50,029 bases of DNA, taken from Bdellovibrionales bacterium. GTDB lineage: Bacteria; Bdellovibrionota; Bdellovibrionia; Bdellovibrionales; UBA1609. The stretch spans positions 1-50,029 of the forward strand of contig JBFWVI010000022.1 in NCBI GenBank assembly GCA_050246815.1, read 5' to 3'. Shown in pieces: positions 29,955 through 37,983 of this stretch (within the stretch, counting starts at the first letter, position 1; every line of letters begins with the position of its first letter). The notes under the pieces were generated by a model. That model did no database searches. It was not told the DNA's origin and was given only the letters and a program-made list of their open reading frames with translations. The position numbers and the translations under genes are program-made.

Positions 29955-30593
29955 TTAAAGAAGTTGGGATTCAAGCGCACTGGGCGCGCGCGAACTACGC
30001 TTATTTGGCAAGGAAAACTCGGACTTACGAAGCGCCAGCCTGACGGCCTCGAGATCTTGATCTTTCGGAGCCGAATTTAGCCACTCTAAACAACCCTCCA
30101 CATCCAAAAATAAAGTTGTGTCCTCAACCACAGGCACGATCATTCTTCTAAATCCCAACAAACCATGCAGCGTTGAAAAGGGATACTCTTCGACCCTAGA
30201 ACAAAGCCTGGCCTTAACGGGGTTCCTATAGACATATTTGTAAGCCAGCAAATAATAGTGGTTTGATCTCAAAATGCTTCTAAAAAATCTCCCACCATAG
30301 GTCTGATTAATCCGCTTTGAGTAAAAATTAATCTGCCGACTGGTCTCGCCCATAAAATACTGCATCGCCGCAGATAAATTGCCATCTGGAAAGCTCGCCA
30401 ATAAGTGAAAATGATTCTGCATCAACACAAACGAATGCAAACGGGCATGATGTATGTGCGTAAGCCCATACAAATAGTCCTGCATAATTTCCCAGGTTTC
30501 TTCCATCGGCAGCGGAAACGGCCCGCGGTTCACCCCACGAGCGCTTATGTGATAGGGAAACTCCGTTGTGACTTGGACGGGCATTCGAGGCAT
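29955..30593 (-). CDS. REP-associated tyrosine transposase-like protein (Y1/IS200 superfamily)
   Basis: MPR start, YHISARG, FVLMQNHFHLL (HUH), GRF, YVYRNPVKA, YPFST. Confidence 0.9.
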   Translation of the reverse strand: MPRMPVQVTTEFPYHISARGVNRGPFPLPMEETWEIMQDYLYGLTHIHHARLHSFVLMQNHFHLLASFPDGNLSAAMQYFMGETSRQINFYSKRINQTYGGRFFRSILRSNHYYLLAYKYVYRNPVKARLCSRVEEYPFSTLHGLLGFRRMIVPVVEDTTLFLDVEGCLEWLNSAPKDQDLEAVRLALRKSEFSLPNKRSSRAPSALESQLL

Positions 30594-30691
30594 ATCCATC
30601 GTACTTCTGCACGACCTTAGCCAAGCTTCAAACCCTGCAAAATAGGGAATAAGCGTCTTAAGCACCGGTTTTCGACCATTTGGCCGAAATA

Positions 30692-30725
30692 ACGCAATGC
30701 TAAACCAAAAGGTGCCAGGCACCTT
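30692..30725 (-). repeat. Right inverted repeat
   Basis: ACGCAATGCTAAACCAAAAGGTGCCAGGCACCTT. Confidence 0.92.
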
Positions 30726-30747
30726 GGGCTAGATTTCTCATTTTGAT

Positions 30748-30775
30748 TCAAGGATCAGAATGAGACGCCCGATCA
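30748..30775 (+). promoter_or_regulatory. Sigma28-like promoter TCAAG-N15-CCCGATCA
   Basis: Resembles the FliA consensus TAAA-N15-GCCGATAA; upstream of flagellin. Confidence 0.6.
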
Positions 30776-30869
30776 GCTTGATGACAGGGAATTGCACCCA
30801 CACACCGTGGCCAGAATGGTCCGGCGAGTCTCAAGGAATGAGACTTGATTCTTCAAGGAGGAGGAAACA

Positions 30870-31715
30870 ATGGGTTTGCGGATTAATACCAATACCGCGT
30901 CTTTGAATGCCCAAAGAAATTTGATGGGCACAAAGCTAGGGTTGGATAAAAACTTGGAGCGTTTGTCTTCAGGTTACCGAATCAATCGCGCCGGCGACGA
31001 TGCTGCCGGTCTTGCGATCTCAGAAAATTTACGAGCGCAAATTCGAGGCTTGAAACAAGCCTCACGTAACGCCCAAGACGGCGTGTCGCTCGTGCAGGTG
31101 GCAGAGGGCGGGTTAAACGAACTCAGCTCCATCTTGATCCGTTTGCGCGAATTATCAGTGCAAGCGGCCAGTGACACGATCGGTCCGGTCGAGCGTCAAT
31201 TCCTGAACGTGGAATATGACCAACTCGTCTCCGAGATCGATCGGATCGCCGATGGAACTGAATTCAACGGCACGCAACTCTTAAGCGGAACCGGTTCGAT
31301 TCTGGACTTCCAAGTGGGAACCCGAAACGACCCGAACATCGACCGCTTGTCGTTTGACGCCTCAAAGGCCGACGCCAACTCGGCGGCTTTGGGGGTGAAT
31401 CTGACCTCGGTGGCCGATAAAGCCTCGGCGCAAAACGCGCTGTCGGCCATCGACCAAGCGATCGTCAGCGTGTCCGCGATGCGCGCCGACTTTGGTGCGA
31501 TCCAGAACCGTCTGCAATCGACGATTAGTAACATTGCCGTTTCAGTCGAGAACATGTCCGCAGCCAACTCGCGTATTCGTGACGTTGATGTGGCCGAAGA
31601 GACCGCCGAACTCACTAGGAACAACATCCTGCTGAATGCTGGCACCTCAGTTCTTGCTCAAGCGAACCAAACAGCACAAACCGCTTTAAGCCTTTTGAAC
31701 AGAACTTTCTCTTAA
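30870..31715 (+). CDS. fliC: Flagellin (short, 281 aa)
   Basis: LRINTN, RLSSGYRINRAGDDAAGLAI, GAIQNRL, SRIRDVDVA. Confidence 0.97.
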   Translation: MGLRINTNTASLNAQRNLMGTKLGLDKNLERLSSGYRINRAGDDAAGLAISENLRAQIRGLKQASRNAQDGVSLVQVAEGGLNELSSILIRLRELSVQAASDTIGPVERQFLNVEYDQLVSEIDRIADGTEFNGTQLLSGTGSILDFQVGTRNDPNIDRLSFDASKADANSAALGVNLTSVADKASAQNALSAIDQAIVSVSAMRADFGAIQNRLQSTISNIAVSVENMSAANSRIRDVDVAEETAELTRNNILLNAGTSVLAQANQTAQTALSLLNRTFS

Positions 31716-31866
31716 TTGAGAATTAATGGCGCGATTCACCCTCGCGCCTAAAAACCTGGTTCAAAGTCTTTAGCTCACCCGGGATTCTTCAGGACGAAGA
31801 TTCCCACCTCGAGTGGACTCGGGGCTGAACAGAAAATACTTGTTTCCTGCGATGATTTTTTTTGCG

Positions 31867-31897
31867 GGGCGGATGGATCAAACCATTCGCCCTTTTT
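31867..31897 (+). terminator. Intrinsic terminator downstream of flagellin 1
   Basis: GGGCGGATGG-ATCAAA-CCATTCGCCC followed by TTTTT. Confidence 0.7.
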
Positions 31898-31978
31898 GAA
31901 TGCAGGCCCTTCTTTTTCCGTCTGCGCCGCGTCGCTTGCGACGCTGCGCAGACGGAAAAAGAAGGGCCTGCATTCAAA
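31895..31978. repeat. REPIN-like palindrome (copy B)
   Basis: Two inverted 41-nt arms, one mismatch, TT loop; core CAGGCCCTTCTTTTTCCGTCTGC. Confidence 0.9.
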
Positions 31979-33227
31979 GAGGGACGTCGGCGTGCTTGTA
32001 CTTGGGTTGCGTGGTTTTTTTGCCACCAGCGAAGCTTTCAACCTCCGCAACAAATTCCGCCAAGTCCTGCCGCAGTTTAGAGTCCGCGAAGATAGCTGTC
32101 GAAAGTTGAGGAAAAATCTCCAACTCCAGCTGGTTGACTGGCTGCTTGGTCAACAGCAGGCCCGTTTTTAGATCATGAACATAAAAACGATCCACGGTCA
32201 TAAAACCTAACTTATCTTCTTTGTCGCCATCCGTGTCGATAAGATTGATCCCAATGCGCTGATTGTCGACACGACGACGCGCCTGCAATGTTTCAAGCTG
32301 TTCCGGTTTAAAACCAAGCTTATGGATCAAAATCTCACGAATCAAATGCACGGACTCCATCACCGGGCGGTCCTTGGGCCACACGCCCTGGATCTCTTGC
32401 CGCCGAGTAAAACCCTGCTGCTCACCCAGGTTCTTTTTAATCGTCACCATTCTTTGCACCACGTGCTCAAGTTCGCTGTCTTGGGGCGCGCGATGCGGCG
32501 ATCCTAACTCATGTTGCTTCGACGACCACAATTTCAAACGAGCCGCAACACCGGAACGCTCAAGCAACCCGTCCTCAGTATCGAAATAAAGGCCTAATTC
32601 ACTTTGACGACCGACCAAATAAGTTGTTTCGACGTAGTCGGACCAAGGGTTACTACCCGGGTCGCGAAATCTGGAATCTAGAGGCCGTAGTGAAATGCGA
32701 CTGCCATAAAGTGTGTCGACCAATGCTCCATCAGGAGTTTCCCCCTCGCCCCACTGATTCACCATGCGCCGGCTGCCGGGACCGCGGACGGTGGCCATGC
32801 CTCCATCGTGGAAGTGCTCATAAATCGAACGCAAAGGTTGCAGCTGGATGCGGCCCTGCCAATGTGGCGGAACCATCGCACCACCGTAGGTTTTGCCCTT
32901 CATCATCTGATACTGAGACCCGTAGAAGTTCCCAAGCAAAGAGCCGGCATGATCCAATCCTGAGCGCTGACGGTCGGCCAAGTTGATCCGTCTTTCCCAC
33001 TCGACCTGAGACAGCACGTCAAACGAGAGGATTTGCGCGCCTATGGCCACGTGAAGAATTTCCCTGTCACCTGCCGGCTGAGTGATCAAACCGTCGTAAT
33101 CGAGACGCCCGTTTTGGTTATCTTGGGACAAAAATGGGTCACAAGGGCCCTGCCCAATAGACGCTGAGCTTGCCAGAGAGCTTAGAAAAACCAATAAAAT
33201 TAAGGCCACGCGACCCCAGCAACCCAT
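31974..33227 (-). CDS. CYTH-like domain protein with signal peptide
   Basis: LYFDT..LL..SG..ARLK, VTIK, RQE, TVD, QLELE, PKY; start is 33227 or 33239. Confidence 0.7.
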   Translation of the reverse strand: MGCWGRVALILLVFLSSLASSASIGQGPCDPFLSQDNQNGRLDYDGLITQPAGDREILHVAIGAQILSFDVLSQVEWERRINLADRQRSGLDHAGSLLGNFYGSQYQMMKGKTYGGAMVPPHWQGRIQLQPLRSIYEHFHDGGMATVRGPGSRRMVNQWGEGETPDGALVDTLYGSRISLRPLDSRFRDPGSNPWSDYVETTYLVGRQSELGLYFDTEDGLLERSGVAARLKLWSSKQHELGSPHRAPQDSELEHVVQRMVTIKKNLGEQQGFTRRQEIQGVWPKDRPVMESVHLIREILIHKLGFKPEQLETLQARRRVDNQRIGINLIDTDGDKEDKLGFMTVDRFYVHDLKTGLLLTKQPVNQLELEIFPQLSTAIFADSKLRQDLAEFVAEVESFAGGKKTTQPKYKHADVPL

Positions 33228-33254
33228 TAACTGTTCCATGTTACGCTTTGGCCT

Positions 33255-33270
33255 CGCAAGAAAAGGGCCA
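33255..33270 (-). promoter_or_regulatory. Sigma54 promoter TGGCCCTTTTCTTGCG
   Basis: GG-N10-GC on the minus strand. Confidence 0.65.
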
Positions 33271-33432
33271 CTTTTGATGCTCTAAATGATGCTTCTCAAG
33301 GCAAATATTTTCAGAGCTGTCCAATGTTTGTTCATCGTGAACGATATCGCCCTTAGTTCGAGCGGCCTACGGATAATCCACTGTCATTGCGGCGGCCGCC
33401 CGACATCCTGTGCCCTCAGCACTTGTCGAAGG

Positions 33433-33915
33433 TTAACCCGCGCAAACCGCTTTGTTGTAACGATCCGCCAACGCTTTGGCCTGATCATTGTAACGGGCCT
33501 GAGCGCGGCTGGTTTGTTGAGTGTAACTGGCTAAAGCGTCTTGGGTTGCCAGACTGTATTTGAGTTGAGCCGCTTTTGTGGTGTTGTTGAACTTCAAGGT
33601 TAAAGTATCCACGGCTTCGCGCCAGCCGGCCTCTGTGGTTTCGCGGATCGATGCGAGCTCTTGATCAAAGGTGACACGCGCTTCGGCGATAGTGCGATTG
33701 TATTCCGACATCTCATAAGCCACAACACGATCATATTCAGCCACAGAATAGGCATAAGAATTTTTTAATTCCGCCATGATCATAGCAACACCTGCGTCAT
33801 ACTCAGCACGAGCCTGTTCAACCGTGGCGGTGGGTTTACATACATTCTCATTGGCTATGGCCTGAAGGCTCAAAGCCGCCGAAATCAGCAGGGCCGAAAC
33901 CAGAATTGCTCGCAT
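33433..33915 (-). CDS. Secreted all-helical protein with 11-residue periodicity
   Basis: AAGGAG RBS, signal peptide ending AIA-N, Cys near each end. Confidence 0.8.
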   Translation of the reverse strand: MRAILVSALLISAALSLQAIANENVCKPTATVEQARAEYDAGVAMIMAELKNSYAYSVAEYDRVVAYEMSEYNRTIAEARVTFDQELASIRETTEAGWREAVDTLTLKFNNTTKAAQLKYSLATQDALASYTQQTSRAQARYNDQAKALADRYNKAVCAG

Positions 33916-34077
33916 AAAATCTCCTTGATGTGTGTTTGGGTTCACGAACGAAGCTCGGTCGAACATAGTCGACATCAAGACGTTTGGCTTGTGAGTATTT
34001 TGTGAAATTGCCACGACAATCATGGCACGTAAGACCATGGCCTCGTCGAGTTCGCCTCATAATGCGGCAATCTAGAC

Positions 34078-34105
34078 TCCACATGCCTGTCGTGCGTCCC
34101 GATCA
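34078..34105 (+). promoter_or_regulatory. Sigma28-like promoter, same -10 (CCCGATCA) as flagellin 1
   Basis: CCCGATCAG-N4-ATGA is shared by both flagellin upstream regions; -35 is weak. Confidence 0.45.
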
Positions 34106-34238
34106 GAGACATGAAGGGCTGCAAGCTCTTCAAGTCAGGCGCTCACGCGTTTGGCTCAATATTAATCGGATACAGAATGTGTCCGCTGCCAATTGGATGG
34201 CACGAATCAAGGAGGATGAGAGATGCAGGGAGGATAAT

Positions 34239-35072
34239 ATGTCTTTAAGGATTTCGACAAACGTGGCGTCATTGAACGCCCAAAAAAGTTTGTCGGGAAA
34301 CAACAGAGCGCTTGAGCAATCGCTTGCGCGCTTAAGCTCAGGTTTTCGCATTAACCAAGCCGCAGACGATGCGGCGGGGCTGGCGATCAGCGAAAACTTA
34401 AGGGGCCAAATCCGCGGATTGCGACAAGCCAGTCGCAACTCTGAGGATGGGATTTCGCTGGTTCAGGTGGCCGAAGGCGGCTTGAACGAAACGTCTTCTA
34501 TGTTGATCCGATTGCGGGAGTTGGCGATCCAAGCCTCTTCTGACACCATCGGCGACGTCGAGAGAAAATTTCTTGATGTCGAATATCAACAGTTGAAGTC
34601 AGAGATGCAGCGGATCTCGGAAGTGACCCAGTTCAACGGCCGCGATCTATTGAACGGAACCGGCGGGATCATGGACATCCAAGTGGGTGTGCACAATGAT
34701 CCCTTCAAAGACCGAATTTCGTTTAATGCTTCGGCCGCGAACTCGACGCTGGAAGCACTTGGCATGACCGCTGAGTCTTTGGCGACCAAAGAGATGGCTC
34801 AGCAAAGCATCTCGGTTGTCGACACGGCGATGGTTTCGGTGAATGCCATGCGCGCCAATTTCGGCGCCATGCAGAACCGCCTGACCTCGACGATCAGCAA
34901 CTTGGCCGTGGCACACGAGAACTTGTCAGCCGCCAATTCGCGTATTCGCGATGCGGACGTGGCTGAAGAGACCTCGCAACTGACTCGCAACTCGATTTTG
35001 TTGCAAGCCGGTGTCTCGGTTCTGGGTCAAGCCAACTCGATTCAGCAAGTGGCTCTTAAATTATTATCGTAA
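34239..35072 (+). CDS. fliC: Flagellin (second paralog, 277 aa)
   Basis: GGAGG RBS; MSLRISTN, RLSSGFRINQAADDAAGL, GAMQNRL, SRIRDAD. Confidence 0.97.
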   Translation: MSLRISTNVASLNAQKSLSGNNRALEQSLARLSSGFRINQAADDAAGLAISENLRGQIRGLRQASRNSEDGISLVQVAEGGLNETSSMLIRLRELAIQASSDTIGDVERKFLDVEYQQLKSEMQRISEVTQFNGRDLLNGTGGIMDIQVGVHNDPFKDRISFNASAANSTLEALGMTAESLATKEMAQQSISVVDTAMVSVNAMRANFGAMQNRLTSTISNLAVAHENLSAANSRIRDADVAEETSQLTRNSILLQAGVSVLGQANSIQQVALKLLS

Positions 35073-35079
35073 GTTTTGT

Positions 35080-35109
35080 GGCCTCGGTGTATGCACCGAG
35101 GCCTTGTTT
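35080..35109 (+). terminator. Terminator hairpin after flagellin 2
   Basis: GGCCTCGGTG-TATG-CACCGAGGCC then TTGTTT. Confidence 0.75.
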
Positions 35110-35127
35110 CTAAAGTTGGCGCCGAGA

Positions 35128-35559
35128 TTACTGATTGTCACAGCTGATCACTTGGTCGCTGACCGTGACTTGTTTTTGCGCTTTGTTGTAGGTGGCAATA
35201 ACAACACTTGTTCCATCCGGGGTTGCATTTGAATAGGTGTCCACTTCGCCCTCGCTGGTCACTTGCACTTCGTTCAAAGTCAGCGTGCGGCCACCCACAA
35301 CAAAACCTTTTTGGCCCGCGCCCACAGAGCGGACGCTGGTTTCAAAAATAATACTTTCGCCATTTTTCGATTTGAAGACGCTTGCCACAACCCCTTCTTG
35401 CCCAACTTTACTGGCCTCTTTCGAAATGCAGGTCATCACCAGATCGTGGCCCGCCATCTTACCGGCGATCATTTCGTTGGTGACCGGATTTTTGCGGCCC
35501 TCCATCTTAGAGCAACCAACAGCCAACAAGGCCAAAGCCAAAGTCCATTGCATTTTCAT
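35128..35559 (-). CDS. Hypothetical beta-rich lipoprotein
   Basis: LAVGC lipobox, GGGAG RBS, two further Cys. Confidence 0.78.
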   Translation of the reverse strand: MKMQWTLALALLAVGCSKMEGRKNPVTNEMIAGKMAGHDLVMTCISKEASKVGQEGVVASVFKSKNGESIIFETSVRSVGAGQKGFVVGGRTLTLNEVQVTSEGEVDTYSNATPDGTSVVIATYNKAQKQVTVSDQVISCDNQ

Positions 35560-35620
35560 AAACATCTCCCAACCAAAGGGTTCAAAATTTTAATTTCTAA
35601 TGAAAGCCAAAGGCCCCTAG

Positions 35621-35636
35621 AGCAAGGCCAACGCCA
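35621..35636 (-). promoter_or_regulatory. Sigma54 promoter TGGCGTTGGCCTTGCT
   Basis: GG-N10-GC with TGGC and TTGCT. Confidence 0.7.
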
Positions 35637-35892
35637 CGCTTGGCCCGAGACCCGCGCCTATTTAATTTGATCTGGTCGAAACTCGCCCTAAAGATATTAC
35701 AGACACAGGCGCAAACTGGGCCTCGCGAAAAGCTTGGACGCTTTCGCCACTGCTTTTTCCTTATATATATAGGCTGACACTTTCGCTATGGTGCCGCCCA
35801 TGAAAAAGTCGCTTTAGATTTTATGAGTGCTGCTAACAGGCCACCTTCAAACTCAGTAGGCTCATCCTTTCTTTTTTTGTTGTCCGTTTTAG

Positions 35893-35908
35893 CGGCATTC
35901 GCCTTGCA
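35893..35908 (+). promoter_or_regulatory. Sigma54 promoter CGGCATTCGCCTTGCA
   Basis: GG-N10-GC with GGCA and TTGCA. Confidence 0.7.
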
Positions 35909-35955
35909 GTATACCGGCTGGAATCGAACGTAATATGGTTTAAAGGAGTTCTGCG

Positions 35956-37911
35956 ATGAAATTAAAGGACGTTTATCGACTTCTGGTGACTGTTTTTGTC
36001 AGTGCCAGCTTTGCGGTGGGTTGTACGAATAATGCTGAAAAAAAGGCTAATAATGAGCGCAAGCAGCTAGCAGCTGAACGCGCTAAGGTCTCCCAGTTGA
36101 CCACTGAAGCCGAGCAAAAGAAGAAAGAGATAGAAGCGATCGAAGCTGACTTAAAACAAAAAATGGAAGCCTTGAGCGGCGAAAAAGCCGAATGGGACCA
36201 AAATCGCAGCGCTCGTGAGCTTGAAATCACCAACCTTTCAGCTACTTTGGCTGGCAAAAAGGAAGAGCTTACTAAAGTCGAAGATGATATCAAAAAGCTG
36301 ACCGCTCAAAATGCAGCCGAAACCGCATCAATTGAAGCCGAACGCGCGTCTTTGGAAGAAGCCAAAAAGAAAACCGAGAGTGAAATAGCCACATTGAAGA
36401 GCCAGTCTGAAACCGAGGCAAAAACTAAGCTCGACGAGGCCCAAAAGGCGCTGGACATTATTAAAGAACAGCAACAAACATTAGAAGCTCGCGAAATCGC
36501 CTTAAAAGCTTCTGAAGCGGCCAACCTCAAGGCTCAATCCGCTTTGACGGAACTGCAAATCAGCTTAAAAGCAGCTGAGCAGAGATTGCAGAACAGCGTA
36601 CAAGAATCGCGTGCACTGTTTGCACGTGACGGTTTAGGCGATGTTTTCGATAAGTTGCAAGAAAACAAAAGAATGAAGTTTTTGGTGTCCATTGTCGGCC
36701 GCGGCTCAGACAAATATGCGGAAAAACTTCAGAATGAACTAAATGTCATTAATCAAGGTGATAAAAGTCACTCACGCATCACCAGCAAACCGCCTAAAGC
36801 CGGCGACTCTTATGTCGTCGACAACAGCATGATTGTGGATGCTCAAGCCGGCGTCGTCAAAAAATTCCGCGACGATGCGAATGCTTTCCTGGAAAGCGAA
36901 AATAAAAGTGGTGTGGCAGCCTCATCGACTTCGTTATTCGTGGTTGCCCGCCCCATTCAAAAAATTCGCGTCGGCATGAAATTGACCGTGCGTGGTTCGA
37001 AAGCCGCCGGCTTCGAAAAGCGCAACTCAGGCGTTATCATGGAGCTGAACCAAGTTCGTTCAATAGAGTCGAAACTACTCAACATCGACGACGTCAAGTT
37101 GAACAATCCTGGCGAGTATGTTTTTGCTTCAGATGCGGACGGAAGAAAGTGCAAAAATATCGATCTTGAGTGCCTAAAAGTGCTCAAGGACAAAGGCTTG
37201 CTGGAAAGTCAAAACGTCTTCACCGTTGGCAATTCAACGACTAAGATCACAAACCGCGAAGCTTTGACTGAAGCCTTATCGGCTTCGATCAATCAAATGA
37301 ATATCGACTATGAGCTTTACAGCAAAGGCTTAGCGATCTTGGCTATCGATTACACGATGGAAGATGGCCTGAGCCCGCGCCTCAACACGGACTCGGTAAA
37401 AAAATTGGGATCGATCTGGCTAGGCCTTGGCGAAACCCGCGCACCAATCATCGACCAACTAGAGCTTAGCTACCGTATCGTAATGATCGACGAAATCGGC
37501 AATGCCGGCAACCACATCGATGCCTGGAAATACATGAGTTCTGGCGTCATTCAAAATGTGCAGATGTTTGCAGCCGACCGCTCTCGTAATGAAATTGAAA
37601 TTCAATTGCCCGTCGGCAATTTGAAGTCATCCACTTTCACCTTTGATGATTTAGGTTTATCTGACTACAAACTGAAGACCGTAAAACCACAGATTCCAAC
37701 TGAGGCCCTCAAGAAGCTCGAAGGTAATGTGTTAAGTACGGATATGAACGGTGGCGATCAGAATGCACTGGCGGAAGCAGGTCGTTATCGCAAAGCTTAC
37801 AAAACCTATAAAGATGACGTCAAAAAAGAAAAAATCAGCGTTTATAAAGACCGCCTGAAAACCAACATGGGTATGCAGCAAATTTACGTCAGGACCCTTC
37901 AGGAGAAATAA
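35956..37911 (+). CDS. Lipoprotein with ~190-aa coiled coil and unknown C-terminal domain
   Basis: AAGGAG RBS, FAVGC lipobox, E/K/A/L-rich heptads. Confidence 0.85.
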   Translation: MKLKDVYRLLVTVFVSASFAVGCTNNAEKKANNERKQLAAERAKVSQLTTEAEQKKKEIEAIEADLKQKMEALSGEKAEWDQNRSARELEITNLSATLAGKKEELTKVEDDIKKLTAQNAAETASIEAERASLEEAKKKTESEIATLKSQSETEAKTKLDEAQKALDIIKEQQQTLEAREIALKASEAANLKAQSALTELQISLKAAEQRLQNSVQESRALFARDGLGDVFDKLQENKRMKFLVSIVGRGSDKYAEKLQNELNVINQGDKSHSRITSKPPKAGDSYVVDNSMIVDAQAGVVKKFRDDANAFLESENKSGVAASSTSLFVVARPIQKIRVGMKLTVRGSKAAGFEKRNSGVIMELNQVRSIESKLLNIDDVKLNNPGEYVFASDADGRKCKNIDLECLKVLKDKGLLESQNVFTVGNSTTKITNREALTEALSASINQMNIDYELYSKGLAILAIDYTMEDGLSPRLNTDSVKKLGSIWLGLGETRAPIIDQLELSYRIVMIDEIGNAGNHIDAWKYMSSGVIQNVQMFAADRSRNEIEIQLPVGNLKSSTFTFDDLGLSDYKLKTVKPQIPTEALKKLEGNVLSTDMNGGDQNALAEAGRYRKAYKTYKDDVKKEKISVYKDRLKTNMGMQQIYVRTLQEK

Positions 37912-37946
37912 TCTCCTTTTAGGAAGTCAAAACTGCAGTGTCTTTG

Positions 37947-37983
37947 AAAGGCGGGTTGCGCACAGAGCGCAACCCGCCTTTTT
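37947..37983. terminator. Probable bidirectional terminator
   Basis: AAAGGCGGGTTGCGC-ACAGA-GCGCAACCCGCCTTT between convergent genes. Confidence 0.85.

Larger units (their letters stand above)
29915..30725 (-). mobile_element. 811-bp RAYT/Y1 transposase cassette bounded by 34-bp perfect inverted repeats
   Basis: 29915-29948 is the exact reverse complement of 30692-30725; a single HUH transposase gene lies inside. Confidence 0.85.

Noticed and set aside
30594..30722. N-terminal extension of the transposase running through the inverted repeat
   Set aside because: The family-typical start is MPR at 30593; the extension is not transposase-like.
33984..34238. 85-aa N-terminal extension on flagellin 2
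   Set aside because: Flagellin homology and a GGAGG RBS start at 34239; upstream is promoter and leader.
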